This document shows, one piece after another, positions 19,901-26,773 of a DNA stretch of 64,000 nt; positions within the stretch are counted from its first letter, which is position 1; each line of letters opens with the position of its first letter. Source of the stretch: an uncultured delta proteobacterium (GTDB lineage Bacteria; Desulfobacterota; Binatia; UBA9968); NCBI GenBank assembly GCA_963771465.1, contig CAVYTU010000018.1, positions 32,001-96,000 of the forward strand. Reading direction: 5' to 3'. The notes beneath the pieces were generated by a model that saw nothing but the letters and a program-made list of their open reading frames with translations, was not told the origin of the DNA and ran no database searches. The position numbers and the translations under genes were made by a program.

Positions 19901-22900
19901 CCGGGCGATCGAAAAACCATTCCTTGACGGTCTCGATGTCGAGGTTGAAATTCAAGAGCGGTCGGCGATCAATTTCGACTGCAGCTTGAATATTGTCGAT
20001 GATGGCGAAGATCTGTCGATCAATTGGCAGTACAACGCCGATCTTTTCGATGATGAAACGATCGAGCGCTGGCTGGATCATTATCAAACTCTATTGGCGG
20101 AAATCACCGCTGATCCGAAACGCTCATTGGCGGACCTGCCGTTGTTGACAGACGCCGAACAACACCGGCTGCTCGTGGAGTGGAACGACACCCACCGCGA
20201 ATATCCTGAAGGCCGGTGCCTCCACCAGCTATTTGAGGAGCAGGTGACACGCACACCCGAAGTGGTTGCTGTCGTTATTGACGACCAACAGCTTACCTAC
20301 GGAGAGCTCAATAGACAGGCCAACCAGCTCGCCCATCACCTACGCAAGCTAGGGGTAGGACGGGATATATTAGTCGGCCTTTGCTTAGAGCGATCCTTAG
20401 ATCTGGTCGTAGCTTGTTTGGCAATACTCAAAGCAGGTGGAGCCTACGTTCCCTTGGACTCGGAGTATCCAAAGGATCGACTGGCTTACATGATAAAGGA
20501 TACCCGAGCGCCAGTGTTGCTAACCCAACAGCACCTGGTAGAAAAACTTCCCGTGCAGAGTTCTCGGATCCTGTGTATCGACTCGGATTGTAAAGCCGTC
20601 GGTAAGGAAAGCGGGGATAACCCTGTTAACTTTTCCACACCCGAGAGCCTCGCCTACGTGATCTACACCTCTGGATCTACCGGGAGTCCGAAGGGAGTGA
20701 TGGTCTCCCACAGCGCTATCGTCAATTTCATGCTGTGGACGCAGGAGACATTTCCCCTGAACGAAACCGACCGCGTGCTGCAAAAGACACCGATCAGCTT
20801 CGACGCATCGGTGTGGGAATGCTACGCGCCACTTCTTGTCGGTGCCCGACTCGTGATGGCCCGCCCTGGTGGAAATCAGGACGGTGGTTATTTGGCCAAA
20901 CTCATTGGCGAACAAAAAATCACCGCATTGAAAGTTGTTCCCTCGCTGCTGCGTATGCTTCTCGATGAGCCGGCGCTATCCGATGCCACGAGCCTACGGC
21001 GAGTTTTCTGCGGAGGAGAGGCGTTAACGATAGAGCTTCAGCAAAAGTTTCATGCGCGGCTAACGGCCGAATTATGGAACCTTTATGGTCCCACCGAGAC
21101 GACGGTTGACGTCGTGTTTTACGAGTGTAAGCGCGACGCCCGTAGCGATCTAGTGCCCATTGGACGTCCGATAGCGAACACAGAGGTTTATATCCTGGAC
21201 TCAGAGCTAAGGCCTACTGCTGTTGGGCTTGCGGGGGAGCTCTATGTTGGAGGAACCAGCTTGGCGCGTGGCTATCTCAATCGCCCGGATTTAACCGCAG
21301 AGAAATTCATTCGCAATCCTTTCAGTGACGACCCTGGTGCGCGGCTGTATAGGACCGGAGATTTGGTCCGCTATCGATCCGATGGGAACATCGTGTATCT
21401 TGGTCGTATCGACAATCAAATCAAGCTGCGTGGCTTCCGCATCGAGCCGGGCGAGATCGAAGCGATTCTTAGTGAGCATCAGGCAGTGCGCGAGGCGATC
21501 GTCATCGCGCGTGAGGATACGGCTGGGAATAAGCGTCTGGTTGCTTATCTCGTCATGAAGGTTGGCTCTACGATCGCCGAGAACGATCTCCGGGTCCATC
21601 TGAAAAAGAAATTGCCTCAGTACATGATGCCCGCTGCATTCGTTGTGCTCCCACGTCTTCCACTTACCGCAAACGGAAAGTTAGACCGCAGAGCCTTGCC
21701 GGCGCCCGACAATCCGACTCTGTCGGCAAATACGCCATGTGTCGCGCCACGCAACGATGTCGAGCGCCTCATCGAGCGCATCTGGTGCGACGTGCTCGGG
21801 ATCCAGCGGCTCGGCATTGAAGAAAATTTCTTTGACATCGGCGGGCATTCTATTCTCGCAACTCGAGCCATGGCTCGACTGCGGCAAGAGTGCCAAATAA
21901 ATCTGCCGCTCAGAGCGCTGTTTGAATGTCCGACCATCGCCGAACTTGGTGCCAGACTCTTAGCGGAACTTGGAGCGAATGATGCGGCGGCCGCCAAAGC
22001 AGACCAGATGTACTCCCATCTATTCGAACTTAAATCCGGCGATCCGAAGAAGCCTGTGTTTTTTCTGCCCGGCGGTATCGGTGGCGACGAAGAATTCCTG
22101 GTGTATGCCAGGTTCCTGCATCATGTCGATACGGATCACAAATTTTACGGGATGCGGTCGCGGAGCGCGAACGGAATCCTTAAGTGTCAGTCGAGCGTCG
22201 CCCAGATGGCCGCAGACTACATTCGCGAGATTCAAAAGCTTCAACCTCGCGGGCCGTACTCCATCGTCGGGAATTGCATCGGTGGCATCGTCGCGTACGA
22301 GATCGCCCGTCAGCTGGAGGCGCAAGGACAGAAAATCGCTTTGCTAGCTCTGATGGATACCAATAGACCGTCGTTAAGTCTCTATCTAAGTTACCGCTGG
22401 AAGCGCATCGGCGAAATTAAAATGCTGATCGCCCCTTGGCATCGCTTCAAGAATTCTTATTATCTGGCACGGGCCCGCTATCATGGGCGCAAGATATGTG
22501 GCCTGCGTTGGCACGACCTGTTGCCGTATTCATGCTCACGGCTGGCAACGGTGATCCAAGCGGTGCAACAGCCGCATGCGCAAAAAAAGGCCGAGCCGTA
22601 TCGTGATATGGATCTTCCCACTAAATGCAGACCTGCAATTCAGGATACCTATGAACGAGCGCTGCGTCGTTATCGGCCTGGACCCTTCCATGGACGAATG
22701 ACGCTGATCGTGAACCAGGAAGCTCACCGCCGAAATCCGGACCTCGGCTGGTCGAATCTCGTTTCGGAAGGAATCGAAATTTACAAAGCGCGCGGTGATC
22801 ACGAGAGCTATATCCGAGAACACGTACAGGCGGTGGCCGAACAACTAGAATCAATTCTGGCAAAGTCGGAAATAGACCCTCCGGGCCGCGTCGGCAATAA

Positions 22901-22979
22901 GTCAATTCCTCAGGACGCGATACGGAAAGGGTTGGGCTGGAGTCAATTTGATCCGGCGACGAGTTGGTTTATGCTTTAG
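13992..22979 (+). CDS. Hybrid PKS-NRPS KS-AT-ACP-aminotransferase-C-A-T-TE
   Basis: KS TACSSS/HGTAT/NIGHLD; AT GHSLGE plus HAFH (malonyl); ACP LGLDSL; class III aminotransferase IFDEIVTGFR/TYGKVIGGG; C HHAAVDG; A YTSGSTGSPKG; T IGGHSI; TE GNCIGG..D..GDH; starts 2 nt after the NRPS stop. Confidence 0.97.
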   Translation: MSHSEHYDPKAGIAIVGMAGRFPGANNIDEFWRNLVAGVESISHFTEAELEFSPLEDAGLRRDSNYVKARGTIDNADLFDAAFFGINPREAETMDPQQRVFLETAWVALEHAGYDARMFKGLIGIFAGMSNNSYFPLLTAAGGVDRAASLQAMLGNEKDYLTTRVSYHLNLRGPSISVQTACSSSLVAVYQAFQSLLGYQCDMALAGGVSVVVPQKRGYLHYEGAITSPDGHCRAFDAAAQGTVFSNGAGIVVLKRLQDALDDGDQIFAVIKGAAVNNDGSDRVSFAAPNVNGQSEAIAMAQALAGFDPETISYIEAHGTATPLGDPIEIAGLTQAFRLGTDGNGFCAIGSVKTNIGHLDVAAGVAGLIKTALALKHKKIPASLHYKSPNPKIDFANTPFYVNAELSDWPAGTTPRRAGVSSFGSGGTNAHVLLEEAPALEPSAAARSAELIVLSAKTAEALDRTTKDLAEHLANHPELNLGDVAHTLHCGRSAFAHRRMVVCRDLADGADALRSMNPKRVVTNHNEHKAPSIAFMFPGQGAQYVNMGRGLYEESSFFRNQVAECAESLAAKLGLDIRTVLYPAAAHRERAEELLSQASITQPALFVVEYALARLWIEWGIEPSFVVGHSLGEYVAACLAGVFSRDDALNLVVERARLVQSLPSGSMLAIRLSASEVERSLSKELSIAAINSPTLTVVSGLVEAIQTLENELTTEKIPCRRLVTSHAFHSAMLDPILPPFREIVRGIRLGEPRLPWVSTLTGAIITVAEAMDPEYWVRQLREPVHFADSVGVLLKDEVHALLEVGPGQGLATLARQHPSKRPDQEIFLSLLSSQTAGGDLDGMLNSLGRLWLAGAEVDGSRMDDEKRRLRVALPSYPFDRKRFWPSVRRLAGDEKNPPPEARNGKISLPVVAPPAAAMIAEPNDVSAFHDLNGVAPTRCHREDVLERLQTLFSEISGIAAEDLLPHASFLELGLDSLLLTQASAALLKRFGVKVSFRQLLEELSSLETLADHLAASIPQSEEMHKRVARPPVCNQREMNDQPSVVGSPAVFGALPADLFSLAQIANSDGTALERIFARQLDLMQQQLDMLKTSGGVNPGGNIAVNSAPKASSSKIEPIATLAAAGEVGRRPIGEKGFGPYKPIQTGKQHQLTERQQQYLNDFIARYTTLTRKSKILTAEHRAHLADPRTVAGFRSTWKELIYPVVTERSAGSKLWDVDGNEYIDLTNGFGAILFGHGPEFVTTALQEQIKKGMEIGPQSPLAGEVAALLCELTGMERAAFCNTGSEAVLAALRIARTVTGRDKIAMFTGDYHGIFDEVVVRAVGGTKSRPAAPGIPSSMAENVIVLEYGDPASLPILRDHAHELAAVIVEPVQSRRLDLQPKEFLRELRELTARAGTALIFDEIVTGFRSHLGGAQAIFDVRADIATYGKVIGGGLPIGIVAGKAEFMDALDGGPWMFGDDSAPEVGMTFFAGTFMRHPLALAATKACLTHLKEKSPELQERLSHRTKNLVDGLLAHAKELQIPVRITHFSSLFAFEFPPELPLASLFYPMMRARGIHIWEGRLGILTTAHTDQDIDRILVAFRDCLAEMQHAEFLPIAAVGENSDDRADADEDGADSVIAATDGQREIWLAAQMSDDASRAFTDCLTVELRGPLQIVALNRAIQELVTRHDSLRMTFSDDGESLWVTPQVEIDLPVIDLGPVNLEERSQRLAQIVTEQRTKTFDLSREFMLRSVVLRMAADHHVLVMTTHHAAVDGWSFGVLLAELGRLYSAKCRSEVSALPSAPQFATYARREIAARRSEEWNATEKFWLDQFTTLPPPLELPLDRPRANVKSYLARRRHVVLPSARGRELRRFAAQHGATLFSTLLAAFNVLLHRLSGQDDIVVGISVAGQLAGDTPDLVGHCVNFLPLRHRIDANRSFTTYLSAVKSLVLDAHDHQSYTYGSLLRKLKLPRDGGRAPLMSASFNLDRAIEKPFLDGLDVEVEIQERSAINFDCSLNIVDDGEDLSINWQYNADLFDDETIERWLDHYQTLLAEITADPKRSLADLPLLTDAEQHRLLVEWNDTHREYPEGRCLHQLFEEQVTRTPEVVAVVIDDQQLTYGELNRQANQLAHHLRKLGVGRDILVGLCLERSLDLVVACLAILKAGGAYVPLDSEYPKDRLAYMIKDTRAPVLLTQQHLVEKLPVQSSRILCIDSDCKAVGKESGDNPVNFSTPESLAYVIYTSGSTGSPKGVMVSHSAIVNFMLWTQETFPLNETDRVLQKTPISFDASVWECYAPLLVGARLVMARPGGNQDGGYLAKLIGEQKITALKVVPSLLRMLLDEPALSDATSLRRVFCGGEALTIELQQKFHARLTAELWNLYGPTETTVDVVFYECKRDARSDLVPIGRPIANTEVYILDSELRPTAVGLAGELYVGGTSLARGYLNRPDLTAEKFIRNPFSDDPGARLYRTGDLVRYRSDGNIVYLGRIDNQIKLRGFRIEPGEIEAILSEHQAVREAIVIAREDTAGNKRLVAYLVMKVGSTIAENDLRVHLKKKLPQYMMPAAFVVLPRLPLTANGKLDRRALPAPDNPTLSANTPCVAPRNDVERLIERIWCDVLGIQRLGIEENFFDIGGHSILATRAMARLRQECQINLPLRALFECPTIAELGARLLAELGANDAAAAKADQMYSHLFELKSGDPKKPVFFLPGGIGGDEEFLVYARFLHHVDTDHKFYGMRSRSANGILKCQSSVAQMAADYIREIQKLQPRGPYSIVGNCIGGIVAYEIARQLEAQGQKIALLALMDTNRPSLSLYLSYRWKRIGEIKMLIAPWHRFKNSYYLARARYHGRKICGLRWHDLLPYSCSRLATVIQAVQQPHAQKKAEPYRDMDLPTKCRPAIQDTYERALRRYRPGPFHGRMTLIVNQEAHRRNPDLGWSNLVSEGIEIYKARGDHESYIREHVQAVAEQLESILAKSEIDPPGRVGNKSIPQDAIRKGLGWSQFDPATSWFML

Positions 22980-22997
22980 ACACAATCGAGTTTTTCA

Positions 22998-23081
22998 TGG
23001 CAGCGGGGAGGGACTTCAACCCTCACAGAATTACCTACCCGATTTTGAGTCCGTGCGCGTCTGTCATTCCACCACTCCGGC
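22998..23081 (-). pseudogene. Degenerate tRNA-Leu(CAA) pseudogene
   Basis: Minus strand GCCGGAGTGGTGGAATGACAGACGCG..ACTCAAAATC..GAGGGTTGAAGTCCCTC..CCA has a class II Leu layout, but D-loop GG>GA, T-loop TTC>TTG, and mismatched anticodon and acceptor stems. Confidence 0.8.
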
Positions 23082-23240
23082 ATGGAATTAGGGGTAGCCA
23101 ACCATTAATTATGGCATTCGAGTCATCCCCGTCGCGGCGTCCCCGGCCAGATCGTAAACCCCTCCTGAGGGATGGGAGTTTGTTGCTGGATAGTGCTATT
23201 GATAGGTGAGTTCAGAAACGTATCGCATGGAGGAACTAAA

Positions 23241-23372
23241 ATGAATCAGAATGCTAAACGTAACTTGCAGCACCGTAAGCGCCAAGTGGCGCGGCTGGCT
23301 AAACGCGAGTATTTTAGAAAAAAGAAGGAAGCCCTCAATGTGCCAGCTGCCGGGAAGGATAAATCGGCCTAA
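23241..23372 (+). CDS. Small basic protein (43 aa, K/R-rich)
   Basis: Strong GGAGGA RBS before ATG 23241; MNQNAKRNLQHRKRQVARLAKREYFRKKK. Confidence 0.5.
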   Translation: MNQNAKRNLQHRKRQVARLAKREYFRKKKEALNVPAAGKDKSA

Positions 23373-23438
23373 ACAGGTCTTCGAGCAGAAAAAGCAAGGC
23401 TACGTTGAATTGAAACAGCGCTACGGACTGGCGCTTTT

Positions 23439-23666
23439 TCAGAGCTCCCTCAACAGCCCATTTTCAACCTTCTCAAAGTCGCCTTTGGAAATTCCACAGG
23501 CATCGAGAACGCGCTGTAATTTACCGGAACGACTAAATACAAAACCAAGTTTGCTCTCTGCTCGTATCAGGCGACAGATCATGCCGCATATTTGAAGGGC
23601 ATCTCTGTTGTCCCCTGACTTCGGGTAATATTCCGCCCAAACCCGCCCTATCTCTTTGTCATTCAT
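23439..23666 (-). CDS. Small hypothetical protein (75 aa, CxxxC)
   Basis: GAGGGAGA RBS before ATG; natural-looking composition. Confidence 0.55.
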   Translation of the reverse strand: MNDKEIGRVWAEYYPKSGDNRDALQICGMICRLIRAESKLGFVFSRSGKLQRVLDACGISKGDFEKVENGLLREL

Positions 23667-23809
23667 TGTTTCTCCCTCGGGTTTGACCCCGTCGCCGAGA
23701 AATTTGGTGCGGTAGCAGGACAAAAGCAAGGAGCAGAAAGCAAAGCGCGATACCCGGGACTTCTATACGCTATGCTCCTGCTCCTTGGGGATCACAATCC
23801 TGTTACTTG

Positions 23810-24061
23810 TTAGTCGGCATCGCGATCGCTATCTCCACTGCGCCGTGCGTAGCGATTGTCGTAGTAGCGACCATAACGCCAATCGTAACGGCGATCATCG
23901 CGCCGATCGTAATCACGATCATAAGCTCGATCATAGCGGTCCCCACGCCGACCGTAGTCGTAACGATCATAGCGGTCGTAGTAGTAACAGCCGGCGACGA
24001 ACGATGTGAGCGACGCTAAAAGCGCCATCAGGGCAATTGATTGAATATTGTAACGTTTCAT
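23810..24061 (-). CDS. Small lipoprotein with low-complexity Asp/Arg/Tyr tail
   Basis: AGGAGGTG RBS, lipobox VAGC, then YYYDRYDRYDYGRRGDRYDRAYDRDYDRRDDRRYD. Confidence 0.75.
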   Translation of the reverse strand: MKRYNIQSIALMALLASLTSFVAGCYYYDRYDRYDYGRRGDRYDRAYDRDYDRRDDRRYDWRYGRYYDNRYARRSGDSDRDAD

Positions 24062-24147
24062 AAAAACACCTCCTGGCATATGAATTGTTATCTGTCCTGA
24101 GGTTAGGCAGGGCTCATCCCTGAAAGCTTTGGCTCACCGCCGCGCCG

Positions 24148-24384
24148 TCACACCAACTGGTTAATATGCCGGCGGCCAATGACGAAAGCGCTTTTGAGCA
24201 TGTGGCGAAGGATCTCGCAGGTCTCTTCGCAGCCTTCGGAATTCTCCAATAACTGAAGTCCATTTTGAAGAACGGTCCCGAGCAAGGTTAACTCATAGGA
24301 AGCCGCTTGATTTTCAATGGGAGTATTCAACATCTCTTGGAGCTGTAAAACCGCAGCTTCAGTTGGCTCGTTAAGTTGTTCCAT
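24148..24384 (-). CDS. Small acidic helical hypothetical protein (78 aa)
   Basis: GGAGGTG RBS before ATG 24384, preceded by a sigma-54-like promoter. Confidence 0.65.
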   Translation of the reverse strand: MEQLNEPTEAAVLQLQEMLNTPIENQAASYELTLLGTVLQNGLQLLENSEGCEETCEILRHMLKSAFVIGRRHINQLV

Positions 24385-24412
24385 ATCGCACCTCCGTTCT
24401 ACGAGCTGATTG

Positions 24413-24428
24413 AGCAATGCACGTGCCT
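24413..24428 (-). promoter_or_regulatory. Sigma-54-type promoter (leftward)
   Basis: Minus strand AGGCACGTGCATTGCT has GG-N10-GC spacing, about 30 nt upstream of the start codon. Confidence 0.65.
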
Positions 24429-24763
24429 GTCCCTCTATCGGTGTAAAAAAATATAATTTCGACGAATTTGCTGGTCGTGCACTAAAAAATCTCATCAATG
24501 GCACACTGTGGCGATTAACCGAGGTTCGCTGTAGGAGTTTTTCTTCGTAGTTTTCTCCCACAGTGCAACACGCAGGCACGTTCCGATGGTTCGACAAGCT
24601 CAGCATTCATTTTTTAAACACGTCGGTCCTTTTCAAAACGTTGAAGACTTGCGGCACAAATTTTTTGGGCAGCGGTGCCGAGAAGAGAATCTTCGCTGGA
24701 AGGTTTTTCCATACAAGATTGCCTTATTCTTTCGATCCGCTTTGAAAAAACTACGGTTTTTTA

Positions 24764-24778
24764 TGGAACAGAACTTGC
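24764..24778 (+). promoter_or_regulatory. Sigma-54-type promoter (rightward)
   Basis: TGGAACAGAACTTGC has GG-N10-GC spacing, about 35 nt upstream of ATG 24813. Confidence 0.65.
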
Positions 24779-24812
24779 GACTAGCCTAACTAGCTTTTTG
24801 AGGAGGTGTTTT

Positions 24813-25067
24813 ATGACTAACGTTTTGAAAAAACCGATCACGCGCGCGCTTATTGGCTTGTCGTTGGTGTCGGTTGTCGCGGGTTGCGGAACACTGACCG
24901 GGGCTACGCTTGGCGGCGCGGCGGGTGCGGGAATTGGCGCGGCGACTCATTCGAATGTTGGTAGAAGCGCAGCCATCGGCGCGGGCGTCGGCGGCGCGGC
25001 AGGCGCGATCTATGACCTTTCTTCGTACAACAACCGGCGTTACCGCGAACGCGATTATTACGATTAG
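24813..25067 (+). CDS. Glycine-zipper lipoprotein
   Basis: AGGAGGTG RBS, lipobox VAGC, GATLGGAAGAGIG..AIGAGVGGAAGA zipper, basic/Tyr tail. Confidence 0.85.
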   Translation: MTNVLKKPITRALIGLSLVSVVAGCGTLTGATLGGAAGAGIGAATHSNVGRSAAIGAGVGGAAGAIYDLSSYNNRRYRERDYYD

Positions 25068-25208
25068 GGAAAACTTAGCACGTCAACTCTGCCGACATTG
25101 GGGCTTCCGTCGCTTGCGTCGTTGGAGCACAGCACATGTCGGCAGACCGGTGAGTTACGCCCATGGTCGACTGATCAGCGCCGACAACACGCTAAAGAGC
25201 AACAAATT

Positions 25209-26540
25209 ATGACGCACGAAGTTCAACCGAGACAGACACCTGGGGTTTTCACCAGGAGCTTTTATTTCGCCGTGGCGGTATTGATCGCGTTGAATCTTTT
25301 CGCGCGCTCGATCGAAGCTGCGGGCTATCAATATCCGTATCACGATCCTTACCTAGCGACGGCGACTAGTGCTATTTTAAACGACGATGGCGCCACCGCG
25401 CAGGTTGATTCCACCATCATTCATGTGCCCGGGCTCCCAGGCAGAAACCGTTTGCCAACTCTCGAAGGACGCGGTGACGTAAGTCTTGCTTTGTATCGCC
25501 AAAGCCGAGCAGCACCGCTGCTTTTTATTCTCGCGGGTCTCGGCTCCAGCCCCTATTTTGGCGTTGCGCCGTATTTAGCGAGCTTGTTCTATCGAGAAGG
25601 CTTCCATGTGGTGATTTTACCTTCGCCGATGAGTTGGAATTTTGCATTGTCGGCCAGCCGCAACGGCGCGCCGGGTTATGCGCCGGAGGACGCGCGTGAT
25701 TTATATGAAGTCATGCAAAAAACTCTGACGACCGTGAGATCACGGTATGCCGTCAAGACTAGCTCGATTAACTTCATAGGAGTTAGCCTGGGCGCACTCC
25801 AAGGCGCCTATCTCAGCGTGATCGATGCCGACGCGGGAAAGATCGGCGTCAATAAGTATCTCCTCGTCAACCCGCCGGTGGATCTCGCTTACGCCGTCAA
25901 GACAATTGATGAATGGGGCGGCTTGAAAGAAAAATTCGGCAGGGAGAAATCTCAGGGAATCGTCTCCAAAGCGCTTGCCATCGTCAATTCCTTTGCCGAG
26001 GAACGCCAGGACAAACCTGCGGTCTTCGAACGATTGGCCAAGAAGTTGCGTGGCTTCACGAAGGAAGAGTTCCAATACCTCATCGCCGAGAATTTACAGA
26101 GCCAACTGCCTGAGCTCATTTACGTGACCCAAATCATCCACGATCAGAAGTTGCTTACAGCGCCGAAAGACGACAAGAGAAAACGGCTGGAGGAAGCTAA
26201 GGATTTCACGTATACGAAATACAACCAGCTAATTGGCATGCCCTGGTGGCAAAAACAAATCGGCGATCCACAAGCCGATCTGGATGACTTCATGCAGCGC
26301 GGTTCTTTGGCAGCCATAGTCGATCGGCTGCGCGACAACCCCAAAGTGCACATCCTTCACAATGCCGATGATGTCTTGGGCGAGAGAAAATCCATCCAAG
26401 CGCTGAAAGATAACTTGGGCGACCGAGTGACGCTCTTCCCCTACGGCGGACATCTCGGCAACCTCTGGTACTCGGAAAATAAAGAATTCGCTGTCAGATA
26501 CTTCCAGCCGCAGGCTTACGCGCATACGCATAATAATTGA
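25209..26540 (+). CDS. Secreted alpha/beta hydrolase
   Basis: Signal peptide, YPYHDPYLAT, nucleophile elbow GVSLG, HNADD, YGGHLGN. Confidence 0.8.
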   Translation: MTHEVQPRQTPGVFTRSFYFAVAVLIALNLFARSIEAAGYQYPYHDPYLATATSAILNDDGATAQVDSTIIHVPGLPGRNRLPTLEGRGDVSLALYRQSRAAPLLFILAGLGSSPYFGVAPYLASLFYREGFHVVILPSPMSWNFALSASRNGAPGYAPEDARDLYEVMQKTLTTVRSRYAVKTSSINFIGVSLGALQGAYLSVIDADAGKIGVNKYLLVNPPVDLAYAVKTIDEWGGLKEKFGREKSQGIVSKALAIVNSFAEERQDKPAVFERLAKKLRGFTKEEFQYLIAENLQSQLPELIYVTQIIHDQKLLTAPKDDKRKRLEEAKDFTYTKYNQLIGMPWWQKQIGDPQADLDDFMQRGSLAAIVDRLRDNPKVHILHNADDVLGERKSIQALKDNLGDRVTLFPYGGHLGNLWYSENKEFAVRYFQPQAYAHTHNN

Positions 26541-26773
26541 CGCGTTGTCTTGACGCCGTCCACCGTTTCTTTTCCTTCCTCGAATATTGCAGCGTGCCAT
26601 CGCTGGCATCCCTGCCAGCCGGTAATTTGCCGTTGCAATAGCGTCGCAGCGCGTGAGCGTGCTCACCCGGTTGACGGACTCGGTGTCATTTCGTATGTTG
26701 CCATGAGTGATCTGCTGATCGTTAAGCAGCGGCGCGAAAACCTTTACTTTCCAACTCAAGAAGGGGAACTCCC

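Noticed and set aside
23820-23990. Tandem CGATCG/CGTAG-like repeats that could suggest an array
   Set aside because: Explained by the low-complexity Asp/Arg/Tyr coding sequence; no constant repeat with unique spacers
24498-24514. TGGCACACTGTGGCG resembling a sigma-54 promoter
   Set aside because: The -12 GC is off by one and TT is missing
24385-24606. Upstream extension MLSLSNH.. of the 152-aa ORF
   Set aside because: Begins inside a REP-like relic and runs through the promoter; the RBS supports a start at 24384
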